NCBI GenBank assembly: GCA_951406725.2
Contig: OX597820.1
Coordinates: 102,982,001 to 103,046,000 of the forward strand
Direction: 5' to 3'
DNA: 64,000 bases
Origin: Octopus vulgaris
Lineage: Eukaryota
In this document: piece by piece, positions 1-14,289 of the stretch
Numbering within the stretch: the first letter of the stretch is position 1
How the letters are laid out: every line of letters begins with the position of its first letter
Notes under the pieces: generated by a model
Database searches by the model: none
Seen by the model: only the letters and a program-made list of their open reading frames with translations
What the model was told of the DNA's origin: nothing
Program-made: the position numbers and the translations under genes

Positions 1-251
1 GACACAAGTCCGGGCAAGGTTGTTTATGGAAGGCCAGCAGTCGCCCATGCATACCAGCCTCCCCTCTCCACGCAACCAGTGCTATCCAAGGGAAAGACAA
101 AGGTCGATACAGCTTGGCACCAGTGACGTCGCAACTCATTTCTACAGCTGAGTGAACTGGAGCAACGTGAAAATAAAGTGCCTTGCTCGAGAACACAAGA
201 CGCAGCCCGGTCCGGGATTCGAGCTCACAACCTCACGATCGTAAGTTCGAC
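1..251 (-). mobile_element. tRNA-derived SINE (family D), cut by window edge
   Basis: Reverse complement has a B-box-like head and a CCTTGAGCAAG/CACTTTATTTTCACGTTGCTCCAG-type core, also seen in the + copy at 40205-40497. Confidence 0.7.
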
Positions 252-561
252 CTGATAGCATTCAAGTGACTTGCGTGAAGTTGGTGGTGAACACAAAAAC
301 TGAGGCATGGTAAAAAAAGAGATCTTACTTCAAGGCCGTCTTTTCAACAACTAATTTGAAACAGCTGCTTCACTACTAAGGCAGATCACTGCCGTTTGTA
401 TTCATACGCCTCCAGCCCTGATTGGCTGGATTCTTTAACGGCACAACTGAATTATGCCACGACGAAAAAATAGATCTTTCCTGACTCGCTACAATAGCAA
501 CTAACTGCCACATTCTAAAATTGCTGACCTTGTGTCAAAATTTGTTACAATTATCAAATGC

Positions 562-731
562 AGTGAGCTGGCGTAATTGTTAGCATGCCGGACAAAATGC
601 GTAGCGGCATTTATTCCGATCTGAGGTCAAATTCCACCGAGGTTGGCTTTGGCTTGAACATTAGAGTTGATGTAATCGACAAGCTCCCTGCCACGAAATT
701 GCTGGCCTTGTGCCAAGGTTTAAAACCAATA
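562..731 (+). mobile_element. degenerate SINE family A
   Basis: gagctggc...ttagcatgccgg...aaattccaccgagg matches the intact copies at 24579 and 33972. Confidence 0.7.
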
Positions 732-1438
732 TTATTACCGTTCTTATTCTTGTCTCTGCTAATAGTTTCATCATTGTTGAAATTCTTTGCTGAAGTCTGT
801 AGCAGATGTCTGGGGCAAGGAAATCGGTTATTTAACGTTCATTTGATGATGTTCACTTACTTGCAAATAGAGGCTTTGGGATATTTGAACGTACATCCCG
901 TAACCACAGTGTGTAATAGTGTCACAGGACGCAAAATGCATCAGCATTTATATTTGATTTCATGAAAAATTATATTTTCATTTTGTATCGTACATAGAAA
1001 GTAATTACACTCTAAGGATATGTGTTTATCAACTGGTAGGTTTTCAGCTTTATATTTTGTCATTAGAAATCTAATAATTTAGCTCAGAGATTGTAGTGGA
1101 AGCTTAGAGCCACTTAAAAACATTTGTTGCAAATCAATTTATCAGCTTTCCTCTAAACAGAATTCAGACAGAAAATCTGCTGTCATAAATAGTTGGTACT
1201 TCAGATTGTCAAAATAAGGAAATTGAAAATCAAAGTCAATTTTAGATATAGAGAAATGATTCTGCGTTTATTCATTTTAGAAATTAAATCATTCTTATTT
1301 CTATTTACATCTTTTCTATCTTTATGATTAATGTTAGAAATTGCAAGTTAATTGAAAAGCAAATTATTACAATTTTTATTCAAATAAATATTTTCAGGAA
1401 AATATATGTGTAATTAAATGTATGCAATGATATATGTT

Positions 1439-1552
1439 GTATGTATGTATGTATGTATGTATGTATGTATGTATGTATGTATGTATGTATGTATGTATGT
1501 ATGTATATATGTATGTATGTATATATGTATGTATGTATATATGTTATTTTAT

Positions 1553-1620
<68 letters not shown>
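1439..1620. repeat. compound (TATG)n/(TA)n/(TG)n microsatellite
   Basis: directly visible. Confidence 0.95.
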
Positions 1621-1622
<2 letters not shown>

Positions 1623-1741
1623 CATAAGAATGTATATGCATGCATTTATATATTTATATATGTAATAGGCATATGCGGATATGTGTTCATGTATATATTA
1701 ACATAAATACTCTCACAAAAGTTTGCATTTTTACATACATT

Positions 1742-1810
<69 letters not shown>

Positions 1811-1856
1811 GTACGTACATACATAGAGGCATACGCACATACATACATACAGACAT

Positions 1857-1915
<59 letters not shown>

Positions 1916-2430
1916 TATGTGTGCAGGCTTGGCTATGTATGTAAGAAGTTCGCTCTTCGTAACCATGGAAATCCCTTGTTCGATCCTAATCTGTACCATC
2001 TTAAGTAAGTATATTTACGGTTGCCTCAAATGAAGCCGTCTGGATGGATTTGGATGGGCGGAAACCATGTAGTGCCTCTGCGAATAGATCTACATCCGTA
2101 ATTCAGAGATTCGACCTTGACACACCTATGCTTTATTTTAAAGGTATGCCTTTCTGTGGAATACTTAGCTACGCTAATTTAGTGAGCAACTTGATCAATT
2201 GGTTGGTTCACCAATGAGCAGATTGACCCCGAGGGTCATATGCCGAATCGATGAAAGAGAATGTGCGTTTCTGTGTATGTGCATGTATATCTTTTATTTT
2301 TATCGTTATTTCTTAAATCTTTTACTTGTTTCAGTCATTTGACTGTGGCCATGTTGTGGCACCGCCTTAAGGTGTTTTAGTCGAACAAATCGACCCCAGG
2401 TCTGATTTTTTAAGCGTCGCACTTATTCTA
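1553..2430. repeat. left arm of large inverted duplication
   Basis: 1553-2306 and 2401-2430 are the reverse complement of 3145-3827 and 3115-3144, with only scattered substitutions and microsatellite length differences. Confidence 0.95.
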
Positions 2431-2439
2431 TATATATAT

Positions 2440-2519
2440 GAATGAATTTTAATTTTCAAATAATACCACAAATTTTCAATGGGGTTCAAGTCAGGTGACT
2501 GGCTTGGCCATTCCAATCG
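2440..2519 (-). pseudogene. Tc1 transposase fragment
   Basis: Minus strand reads [26 protein letters not shown], the canonical Tc1 [15 protein letters not shown] motif. Confidence 0.85.
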
Positions 2520-2894
2520 AAGTCGGATGTAGAGGATTCGTTAGACCCAGTATGAGGTGACCGTTGTTATCGTTAGGTGTAGCTAATCGTACAGCAAATA
2601 CTACCATGAGCGATATCCAGACTATAGTGGAAAAGGCAGGCCACTGGACTGGGTTATAAAGAAACGATGAGCAATGACTAGGCGAATATTGAGCTAAATC
2701 TGATAACCAGTTGATCTAGGCCTCATTTCAGTGAGGATGAAGTAGGTGTGAAATGAGGACGTCGAGAGGTAGGTCCCGAAACGGCGCATATTCTCTCCTG
2801 ATGATCCCATAAACTTGCTAGAATCCTGTACGCGGAGCTTTCAACTAGTTGCACTTGCATCTGCAAGTTGTTTGCAAAACGTATATATTGCGTT

Positions 2895-3144
2895 CACTTC
2901 CATTGCGTGATACCTTGAGCAAAGTGTCTTCTACAATAGCCTCGGGCCGACCGAAGCCTCGTGTGTGGACTTGGTAGACGGAAACTGAAAGAAGCTCGTG
3001 ACATATATGTGTATGTGTGCGTCTTTGTGTCTGTGTTCGTACTCCACCAAAGCTTGACAACCGGTGTTGGTGTATTTATGTCTCTGTAATTTAGTGGTTC
3101 GGCAAGAGAGACCAATAGTATAAGTGCGACGCTTAAAAAATCAG
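2895..3144 (+). mobile_element. SINE family B (CORE-like)
   Basis: accttgagcaaagtgtcttctac...ggtagacggaaactgaaagaagc; reverse complement of the copies at 35318 and 47360. Confidence 0.8.
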
Positions 3145-3541
3145 ACGATAAAAATAAAAGATATACATGCACATACACAGAAACGCACATTCTCTTTCAT
3201 CGATTCGGCATATGACCCTCGGGGTCAATCTGCTCATTGGTGAACCAACCAATTGATCAAGTTGCTCACTAAATTAGCGTAGCTAAGTATTCCACAGAAA
3301 GGCATACCTTTAAAATAAGGCATAGGTGTGTCATGGTCGAATCTCTGAATTACGGATGTAGATCTATTCGCAGAGGCACTACATGGTTTCCGCCCATCCA
3401 AATCCATCCAGACGGCTTCGGTTGAGGCAACCGTAAATATACTTACTTAAGATGGTACAGATTAGGATCGAACAAGGGATTTCCATGGTTACGAAGAGCG
3501 AACTTCTTAAATACACAGCCAAGCCTGCACACATGTGTCTA

Positions 3542-3590
<49 letters not shown>

Positions 3591-3827
3591 ATGTATGTAT
3601 GTATGTATGTATGTATGTATGTGCGTATGCCTCTATGTATGTACGTACATATGTATATATATAGATATATATATGTAAATGTATGTAAAAATGCAAACTT
3701 TTGTGAGAGTATCTATGTTAATATATACATGAACACATATCCGCATATGCCTATTACATATATAAATATATAAATGCATGCATATACATTCTTATACAAA
3801 CACACACACATATATATATATATATAT
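3115..3827. repeat. right arm of large inverted duplication
   Basis: reverse complement of 1553-2306 plus 2401-2430. Confidence 0.95.
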
Positions 3828-4723
3828 GACTGAGGGGGGGGGGGGGCAAATTTTTTTGCATGGAACTTAATGAGTGCTATGCGCGAAACTTGCAGCCCCG
3901 AAGTCACTTTTGTAACTTTCTATCGATTAAAATAAAAATTATATTTATGTATTTCTTCTCTTTATTCGACCAAACATCTGAGTGTGCTGTGTGTCTGTAT
4001 GCTTATGTATATGGCGTGTTTTATTTCCTGCGTGTGTTTCTGTGAGTATCTGCTATTTGTAATATAATCTAATATTACATACATCTCAGCACTCATTAAT
4101 TAACAAGCCCATTGTGTTCGAAAAGACTTATGCAATTTAACATTAATTCTATAACACCTAGAAGGTATAATATAATTTCATAAATTCAAGTATTCTTAAT
4201 TATTATATGAATATATGATGGTGACATCGTTCTTGTATATATGGCAAGTTTTAGTTAAAATCTAATGAAATAAATTTAATGAAAAATATTCCTGTGCAAT
4301 TATGTATATAATACACTGAAGAAAGCCGTTAATTGTTAACCTTAAGTTATATTCTTTGTTCCTGATATCAACGAGTTTATTAATTTATCTATATATTTAT
4401 TTATTTGGCAATATTACTTAATATTTTATAGATATATTTCTTTGAACTAGAAATGATGGCTATTATAGTATTTCTAAAGCTGCAAATTTGTTTTGAGTAA
4501 AATTAACTACAGAAAGCCTGTCACGTGACAAACGAATAATAAATGTTTTTAAAGCACAGCACCAATTTTCGTGCCTATCATATTATTAGTGAGTCAAAAC
4601 AGACAAGTACAGGAAATTAGGCTATTAGTGAGAAATAATCATATATTATATATCGTTCAGAGGAAAGTTTATAGTAGAGCCCCACCTAATATTTTCAACT
4701 ATTCTTCCGAAAAAAAAAAAATT

Positions 4724-4756
<33 letters not shown>

Positions 4757-5427
4757 ATGTATGTATGTATGTATGTATGTATGTATGTATGTATGTATGT
4801 ATGTATGTATGTGTGTGTGTATGTATAAACCATAACATTTCAGGAGGTATGAGAGGGGAATATGCTTAACCACTTGACATGCTTAGGGTTACGGCCGTTT
4901 CGTAGCCATCATGTAGTAATAATTTAAGTGTGGAAAATATTGTGCTTCTATGATCGCAGTAATCTGTATGGTCGGCATTGTATTGTGTTACACTATGAAA
5001 TTCTATATTTGCAAATCAATGCAACTAACGGAAGTTATCTCATCACTTCACCAGAACATTATAGTTACACCAACAACCATTCTGGTGATCTGATGAGCTA
5101 GCTTTCTTTATTTGCATTGATTTGTTGATTTGTAAATATACAATTGCATACTGTGTGTGTGAGTATGTGTCATGCGTGCGTGCGTGTGTGTTTATGTGTG
5201 TGTGTGAGAGAGAGAGGAGAGAGTGTGTGTATGTGTGTGTGATGTTAGTATATGTTGGAAACACCACTTTTTATCTATTATTTCTGTTGGCATTGTGTCT
5301 AATTCAGAATTGTTCTAGTCAGTATATATGTGATTATATGCATTATGTATGCCTTATGCTTCAGTCTATAACATTCTGTTTTTCATTTTTCTTTTTCATT
5401 TTTTGTATTCACATTTAAATAAGTTAA

Positions 5428-6330
5428 AATGAGTGACATAACTGAGTTCCAAAGTTAGAGCTTCAGTCACTAAACCTGCTGAATTATTTGATTTTTCGGG
5501 AAGTACCGTCTATAAAAACATGCTGGCATTTCAAATCCAAAATACAAGCTCAAGCAAGCATAATTATGAACAGAAAGTAAAGCTTACAGAAAAAGTCTGC
5601 AGAATACTGAGAGGCATTGTGTTTAAATGCCATCAAACGACGATAGCAAGTGTGGCAGCAAAGCTAGTCCACCACCTTTCAAACCCTATGTCAATCAGTA
5701 CTGTTTCTCGCAAGTTCCATAAGGCTGAATACCGTGGAAGGCTTTCTATAGATAAATTTATCCTGTTCTCCATGAACGTTAATCAGCAGAAAAAGTGGGA
5801 CGTCATCGTCTCTAATGAATAACTATTCACCTTTTTCTTATTTTGGCATGAGTTTATGTCTAGTGATAGCCTAAAGATGCCCTCAACATTGACTCTTTGA
5901 CTCCCTACAGTAAAGCATGGAGGTAGATCTTTGATGATTTGGGCAGCTATATTACGGAAGTTGCTTGGATCTTTAGTTCACATACAAGATAGAGTTAGTG
6001 TCAAGTATTATCTGTATATTTTAACTGATCATGTCCATTCTATGATGTATATAGTTTCCTAATTTGAGCGCAATCCTGCTGATTCATGTAGTGTTATTCA
6101 AAATTTATACGAATATCACAAAAGGGATATAGACTACTTAAACTGGTCTTCGCAATCACTGAATCTTCATATAATCAATCATTTGTGGTGCATTTAGAAA
6201 CAGCAAGTAAGGAGTCGCGTTACTTCACCACTGTTACTAAAACAACAAAAGCAGATTATACTTGAAGAATGACTAAAAATTCCATCGACAACCATTCAGA
6301 ACCCGTACGGGTTAATTCCTCGTTGTAGTA
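5428..6330 (+). pseudogene. degraded Tc1 transposase
   Basis: HTH region (ORF 5520-5822, KLTEKVCRILRGIV...STVSRKFHKAEYRGR), TVKHGGRSLMIWAAI, and WSSQSLNLHIINHLW; stops and frameshifts present. Confidence 0.8.
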
Positions 6331-6429
6331 ATGCAAAAGGTAGAATCCGACTGAGTAGTAAATAATAAAACTTCTATTCAACTTGATGCATCAATTATTC
6401 CTTCTGACTTAAATTGCTTAAATTCTTCC

Positions 6430-7400
6430 TCTGAAGAAGGAGCTGGTTTCTAACAAAGATACAATGTTCCTTTGTTGGTATGTAGATAACGAAAACAAAG
6501 TAATCTTTTAAACTTGAAGAAAATCTCACGTACAGATTGTATTTGTAATGGACGAATAAGTTGGTTGATTCTATTTTCTGAGCACTACCAAATAGTCGCT
6601 GAGGCTTTTACTCACAAAGCCAACTGCTCCAATTATTGGCATAAACGTAAATTTATAAACTGCAAATAAAAGTTAGAAGTCTGGAAGCAGTTGTCCGTAT
6701 TTATCTTCTCTTTGATTTTCAAAGAGATATTCACATCAGCAAGACAGCTGACCTCCATAACGGTAAATACGTTTTCCTGTCTGTCCTCGCGCAACAATAT
6801 CCGGGCTGTTACCTTTACATTCGACAGATGTTTTGATGAGAATGTTCCGCCAGTATTATTTGTGTTGACGTTTGTGCACATATTCAATAAGGAGGTTCTC
6901 CATATTTATTCCAGGACAGTCTTTTTCCCGAATGGCATTGTCTAATGTTTATGCAACAACGTCATGTCTCATAGGGAAGTAGTAACTTGATGACATTTAT
7001 AGGCAGCTGCCAATCACATGTGTGATGTCTTCTGCAGAAATATGATATAATCTACATTTTGGGGATGCACCTTGGAGCTCTAAAGGCTTTACTGTCTCTT
7101 TTGTTGATTAAAGGCATAACCTTTGGAGTGTGATGTAGCCGTTATGTGTCCAAGGGAGGATTCGCTTCATGTCAAAATTACTCTTCTTCAAGTCTTTCGG
7201 TAACATACCTATGAATAGTCTTTTCTTTTGATTTCTTTCTTTCTGTCATTCTTTCTTTCTTTTTTCTTTTTGAATACTAACCGTTTCACATTCAAGTATT
7301 CTTTGACGTATGTTATTCAGGCTGTTCTGGAATATAGGAAGTCATCAGGAAGAGAGTTCTTCCTGAGGAGCTCTCTATCGAGAAGTAAAATTATATTGAT
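6430..7400 (-). mobile_element. RLE-type non-LTR retrotransposon relic (Zn-knuckle plus endonuclease)
   Basis: Minus strand KCRLYHISAEDITHVIGSC..MRHDVVA and MEVSCLADVNISLKIKEK; same family as 45380-45720. Confidence 0.75.
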
Positions 7401-8845
7401 CTCTTCACTTTTCAGTACTAAGTTATACTTATTTATTTTTGCTCCTGTTATTTAGCAAGTGCTGTCTGAGAGAAGTTGTACGTATGTATGTATGTACGTC
7501 TGTACATACTTACGCATGTGCTTGCTTGCTTGCGCACTTCTGTGTATGTGTGTGTATGATGCGTGTGTGTGTATGTGTGTGTGTCTGTCTGTCTGTAAGC
7601 TGACATCGCTACGAGAGTGTTTTAAGAGTTTACGGTAACTAAGACTCTAGTCCCTTGAATTAATCTTCTGGCAACCAATAGCCTGTCAACAAATAGCCTC
7701 TGAATTGCGTATTATCTCTCACTCTCTCTCTCCCCTCTCATCTCTCATTTGTTAAGCTAAACGTACCTATGTGTGTGTATGTGTATTGTGTGAACTTATA
7801 TGTATATATACATATATGTCGCTATGTGTGTGTATATATGTGTGTGTGTATACACAGATACATACATACATACATATATATATACATATATACATATATA
7901 CATACATATATATATATATATGTGTGTGTATGTATGTGTGCGAGTGTATGTGTGAATGTATATGAACGTATGTACAAAAACACTTGAGATCATTCGAAAT
8001 CGCTTGTGGGAATAAATTTCGTATATTGATATTTTGTTCTCTGACAGAAATCAATATAAGTGATATATAATATCTGAAGCACCTAAGCCAGGAGCGAAGG
8101 AAATTCAATGAGAAATTGCGTAAAAGAATCAAGAATTGTTTTCACGTTTCCAAATTTCAAAGCTTAGTATAACCCTGTCGTGCTGAATACTAGATCACAA
8201 TTAAATGTCCCCTGGTGTATTCGAGGCTCTGGTTTAATTAAATTCAGTATTTTGCCAGAGCAGCATGCAACATGCATGTTATTAATAATGTCTTAGGTCC
8301 TACTTCAGTTAGATTAATACCGACTAGTTTTCATTTCTACTGGGAAACAATGCTTTTACGATTATATTTGTTCAGCAAACACTTTGCTTTATATAAATAT
8401 CTGTGTGGGTGTCAATATGTGTGTGTGCGTGTGTGTTTGTGTCTCGGTATGAATAGCATGTGTGCGTATCACTGTGCGCGAATACTTATCAACATATTTC
8501 AGAATGGATATATATATTCCCAAACATAAATATATGTATTTCACCGAGTGACCGTTTCTACTTAGGTGTAAATACAGACTTTTACAACTATATGTCAGCT
8601 GTAGAAAGTATTTCGATTTTAGAAAATACCTGTATGGTATCCCCACGCCAGTTCTTATTGCTGTACCGTATTTGTTTTATCGATACAAGATAAACAATAC
8701 TGGTTATAAAACCAGTGTAAATTGAAAATCAGATACGGGATAAAACGAGTATACTCACACACACACACACGCACACACTAACACGTTCACAACATATACG
8801 CACACGCACGAACGCACACACAGACACAAGCATATATATGTGTGT

Positions 8846-9174
<329 letters not shown>

Positions 9175-10329
9175 AATCGAAAGACGGAAGATGGAAAATA
9201 CGAGAATTTTTGTCAATCACTACAATTGTTTTCCACACATCTAGCATCGATCCCTCACGAGTGGGATACTTAGCAACTGGTTCAGGAGCACCCGACGGTG
9301 CAGATGTGTTTCTTCTGGAGATAAATAGATATAACTCGTTAAAATAGCAGTTTATTTCCTCATTTAGTGTAAAGAAAAGTAGCAAAGTAAATTATGTATA
9401 TTCATTTATGTAGAAGATCTATACTAAAATAACAGATGCAGAAAAGAAACGAGCATGCAATACAGCGAGAAAAGTATTTAAAATAGTTTCGCTTTAGGAT
9501 TTGTCTCCCCAAAAACTACAGAATATTTAAAATAACTGTTAACGGATAAAGGTATTGTTTAGTGAAAATGTACACCCCCTCCAGTAAAAAGTTGTAGTAG
9601 GCAACCACTATAAATAGACCAGTAGCCGGTCGTCAGAAAAGATCAGGAAGGTCGAAAGTACGAGTAGACTGTGTTGATAGTCGTGTCTGTGCCGATCTAG
9701 TAACTATACTGAGTGGACGTTGTAACGACCCAATATTTTGAGGATGATAACACTGTACGACCGGGGGTCGTACAATGCTAGATAGAACCATTCTATTGAC
9801 GACTTTGGAATATCTGACAGGTACAACAGTGGTAAAAGGACGCTTTACAACAAAACGCTTAACGGATATTGATGTATATACACTCGCTCATACAAGCATC
9901 CACGAAGATGTAAGCATACTCACACGTGTGGTTTGGTGCACACACGTTCACGTAGGGAGTTAAATAGCTACTTGGTGTTTATAAGAATGGGGAGGTTAAA
10001 GCTAGACATAAACTCATGCCAAAATTGGAAAAGGGTGAATAGTTATTCATTAGAGACGATGACAAGGTTCCACTTTTTCTGCTGATACCCCATGGAGAAC
10101 AGGATAAATATTTCTATTGCAAGCCTTCCATGGTATTCAGACTTATGAAACTTGCGAGAACGGCATTGATTGACATAGGGTTTGAAAGGTGGTGGACTAG
10201 CTACGCTGTCACACTTGCTATCGTCAAACAGTTAAGCAGTTGACTAAGTGGGTTTAGTATTTCATTTTTTGACAAAAACTTGCTTGCTTGAAAAACTAAC
10301 CCCCCTTCATTTTTCAGGTAAATAGCGAA

Positions 10330-11427
10330 TTGATTCCACAACTGAAAGTCATGAAACAACTGAATCGTTCCGCCAAAGTGCTCGCCGGGCACACTGCCAA
10401 TGAAATTGTTAAATTGACGAAACTTCCAAAAGCAGTAGTTTATCGTGTGTATAAACAATTCAAAATGAGGGAAAAATTGATAGATTGAAGAACATAAGAC
10501 TCGAAGCGATCCAAGTACAATCCAATGTTTCTCGCTGGCCTCAAAAGTCGGTTGAAGCCAATTCATCCATTCAACTCTTGCAAAGAAACGCACTCTTGCA
10601 AAGAAACGCAACAAAGTTGGGAACAAGAACCTTGGCCTGACTAGCTATGTTCAGCAACGTCGTCACCTCCTAACAGCCAAGGCCAAAGCAACCAGAGCCA
10701 AGAGATACCCTCAGCTTCTCTCATTCATTAAAGCATCAATGTGCAGAAAAAACTCTCGTGTTTGTGAACGAGATGAAGTTCACTGTGGACGCTGCAGTGA
10801 ATCGCAGAAATTCTCGAATGACTGTATACTACTCTTTTGACATCCCCACTCTGTATCAGACTAAGAATCTTGCACCTGTGATGGTATTTGGAGCCGTGGA
10901 GAGTGAGGGAAGTGTCATGGACCCACACTTCATTGATTATGGCTTAAAGATCGGCACAAAGGAGTATTTGTGCATCCTGAAGAACTCTCTATTACTTTGG
11001 ATGGATCAAAGGTTTGGGCTTGACAATGTGGTGCTTATCCAGGATTTTGCAGCATGCCATAGGTCAAAAGCAACACCGACCTTCCTTGGTGAGAAGGTGC
11101 CATTTATTTTCCCAGTAATAGCCCAGATCTCAACCTTCTCAATTACTTTAAGCAAGGACCAGTGCTTCACCACACTCAGGTGTCAACAGTTTGAAGACCC
11201 GCATCGTGCGTGAGACACGCAAAATCAAAACGGTGGAGGTTGCAGCAGCTGCAAAACAATTTAGTTCTCGTTTGGAGGAAGTAATTTGTCCAAAACGGCC
11301 GCCATATTGAGTAATAAATGTTTTTGTTGTAATAAATATTAAATTAAAATAATATCTGTCTACTCACGTTATTTATAACCAGTTTCATGCATCGTAAAAC
11401 TTGCCTCAGTTCATCTGCAGGACCCTG
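10330..11427 (+). mobile_element. mariner/maT-like (DD37D-type) transposon relic
   Basis: ORF 10758-11213 contains NRRNSR, VMVFGAV, KEYLCIL and LIQDFAACHRSKAT; right end ...gaccctg|TA; left TIR not found. Confidence 0.75.
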
Positions 11428-11461
11428 TACATATATGTATGTTTATATGCAGATGTATGTA

Positions 11462-11510
<49 letters not shown>

Positions 11511-11548
11511 GCATACATGCATACATACATACATACATATATGCATAC

Positions 11549-11600
<52 letters not shown>

Positions 11601-12619
11601 GCGTGTATACATATGTAAAAGAGAGAGAAGATAGTAAAGGAAGAAAGGAAGATATACATAGATATAGATCTCAATAAACATATGTATGTTATAAACGAGG
11701 GGTTTTTACACCGCTTCTCTGTTCATAATTTCTTAAGTTAGCACGAAGCTACGGTAGGTGGCATCCGCTGAAGGTGACGTGTAGTGGGACCTTAACCATG
11801 CAACTATTGATGCACCTGTGTATCCCAGTGTTGAGTACAAATCCTAAGATAAATCTGCACCATGACAGAAAATCTAACGTTTTGGCCCCATTTAGTTTAT
11901 TGCATTTATCTAACAGGAAAACAGATCCGGTAAAAATGAAGATAGATAAAATTTTATGGAATCTATCGAGTTATTAGAATCATTTACATAAAATTTCTCA
12001 TATATCTACTTATTTAAGTTCAGTTCAAGCGAAAGATAACGATCACTAATCAGTGATGGATAAATGAATAATGCTGTTTTGAACTTGTGTGAATCTTCAT
12101 TCGTTTGCCGATGGAAATTACGATATATGCATTTTTGAATAATTTATCAAGATCTGCTCACTGCAGATAATATCATTTTTATTTTATTTGTTTCTTAAAT
12201 TACATAGTGTCTGAACTGAAATTTGTGCATTGACAATCCAATTTGCATATTCTGTCTAGTGACATAGAGTACTTCCAACTTACCATTTTGAAATTCTCCA
12301 CTAAATTAAATATGTGTTTTTTTTATGAAAAACTGATCAAAATGTTATTGGAAATTAGCAAAATGTCTAGAACTAATCGAATGAATATTGTACTGGAGTA
12401 GCAGATCACAAGAATTGTCAATTGAACATTAAGCGTTGTTGTGTGGTTTAAGAAGTTTGCATAATAATCACGTGGTTAAGAAGCTTGCATAATAATCACG
12501 TGGTTATGAATTCTATCTCCATCAATTCTATCTGATAGCAATGTCTTCTGTCATAGTTTCGAGCCGACCAAAGCCACACGAGTAAAAATAGATAGATCGA
12601 AACTGTATAGACGCCCGTA

Positions 12620-12960
12620 AGACCTTGGGAGGTAGGCAGAATCTTTTGCCCTGTTCAAGAGCATCATCTGATGCCGTCCGTGGATTCCACTGTATCGCAA
12701 GCTTTCTGGTGAGGGCTCCAGTCTGAAACAACTTAATATCTTGATATACTGTTTCCAGATGCAGCAAGCAATCAGTCATAGTTTCGTCTTTCTTTTCTAT
12801 CATCAAACTCAGAGATTCAGCTGAAAGCCATGAGCCTTTCTATTCATCCATTTCTAAACCGTTAGAAACATGGAGTAAAATTAAATCTTTTGTGTAATGG
12901 ACTATGCTGAATATCCAGCTTTCCGGGAGCAAGCTTTTCCTTCATGTGGTTTACAAAACA
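12620..12960 (-). mobile_element. old RLE-LINE (Hero/NeSL-like) relic
   Basis: FQTG..RK..WNP..ASDDALEQ weakly resembles the TGRKW..A motif of these elements. Confidence 0.3.
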
Positions 12961-13559
12961 TTCACATATTTATCATAGTATTTAGTCGTATCTTAGCTCT
13001 ATATGAAATATCTCGAATATTGAATATTCTATACTAAATATATATTTTCAGCTCCCCTGGTTAAAACTGAATTATTAATAGATTAATTAGTTTGTATGAA
13101 ACGTACAAGTTAATTAGTTTATTAACAAACCATACTCATCACTTTTTTCCCCCCAAATATGGAACGGAATGTATAATGAGCTAAGGATGACGAATGACAT
13201 GTAAAAAAGCAAAACACACTTACGTACGCACAGATACATGCATAACTATTCTGGCATGTGTTTATGAGTACATACCTAAATTTGAATGAGAAGTTGTTTG
13301 TGTGCATACTGCGAGTGTCTTATGTAAATGCATAATTGTGAATATACTTTTGTGCGCCTATGTGATTATGGTTACCTGTAACGTGTACAACAGAGCGATT
13401 GCAATGTCAGCAGTGTTTGCTGGTGTTCATTTTCTTATCTGTGTGTATGATCGTATCCTAGATGATGGTGACATGGTTCTTGTCAGTGACAGTGTTTGGA
13501 TAATGATAATATCACTTCACAATCGTCTTGATTTTCTGTTTACAAAATCACGTAATTGG

Positions 13560-13900
13560 GATGACGGTGTGGTAGTGGTGGTAGTGGTGGTAGTGGTGGT
13601 GATGGTGATGGTCGTCGCAATCGTTGCTATAGTGATGGTCATGATGGTGATGGTCGAGATGAGGAATAACCGTAGTGGTAATGATGGTGGTGGTGGTGGT
13701 GGTGGTGATGGTGGTGGTGAAGTGATGATGGTTATTGTGGTGGTCATAGTGTTCGTGGTGGTGATGGTCGTGTTGATAGCTGTGGTGGTGGTGGTGGTGG
13801 TGATTATGGTGGTGGTGATGCCATGGTGGTCTACGTCGTGGTGGAGGTGGCCGTGGCCGAGGTGATTGTTGAGGTGGCAGTGGCGACGATGATAGTGGTA
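13560..13900. repeat. degenerate (GGT/GAT)n microsatellite
   Basis: directly visible; explains the poly-V/G ORF at 13302-13865. Confidence 0.9.
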
Positions 13901-14214
13901 TGTTTACACCGATGGCTGTGAAAAGAGGAATGACTTAGTAAAGGAGTGTCTATGAGCGGGAAACTCCTCCTCGCTGCTAAATCACCTCCCACTTCCTTTT
14001 CTTATTCTCTGGCAGTCTAATAATGTCGCCATATTTCTTAACAACCTTTTTATTCTTTATAAGTATAGTCCCAGAGGGATACAAACAAAAGTACAGCCCA
14101 TTTTTGAGGGATCATGGATTCTTCTATCGCAAAAAGTGGAGAGCAAAAAATTAATAACAAATCCCAACAAAGGGAAATTAACAATTTTTCTTTAACTACT
14201 ACTACTACTACTAC

Positions 14215-14277
<63 letters not shown>

Positions 14278-14289
14278 CAACAACAACAA

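Noticed and set aside
856-1153. Minus-strand acceptor/donor pair (GTAAGT donor at ~860)
   Set aside because: Stops in all frames and no recognisable protein; could only be non-coding
1380-2008. Many ORFs of [18 protein letters not shown] repeats, here and throughout the window
   Set aside because: Translations of di- and tetranucleotide microsatellites, not genes
4519-4530. Palindrome TGTCACGTGACA (CLEAR/E-box)
   Set aside because: Single motif with no linked gene; may be chance
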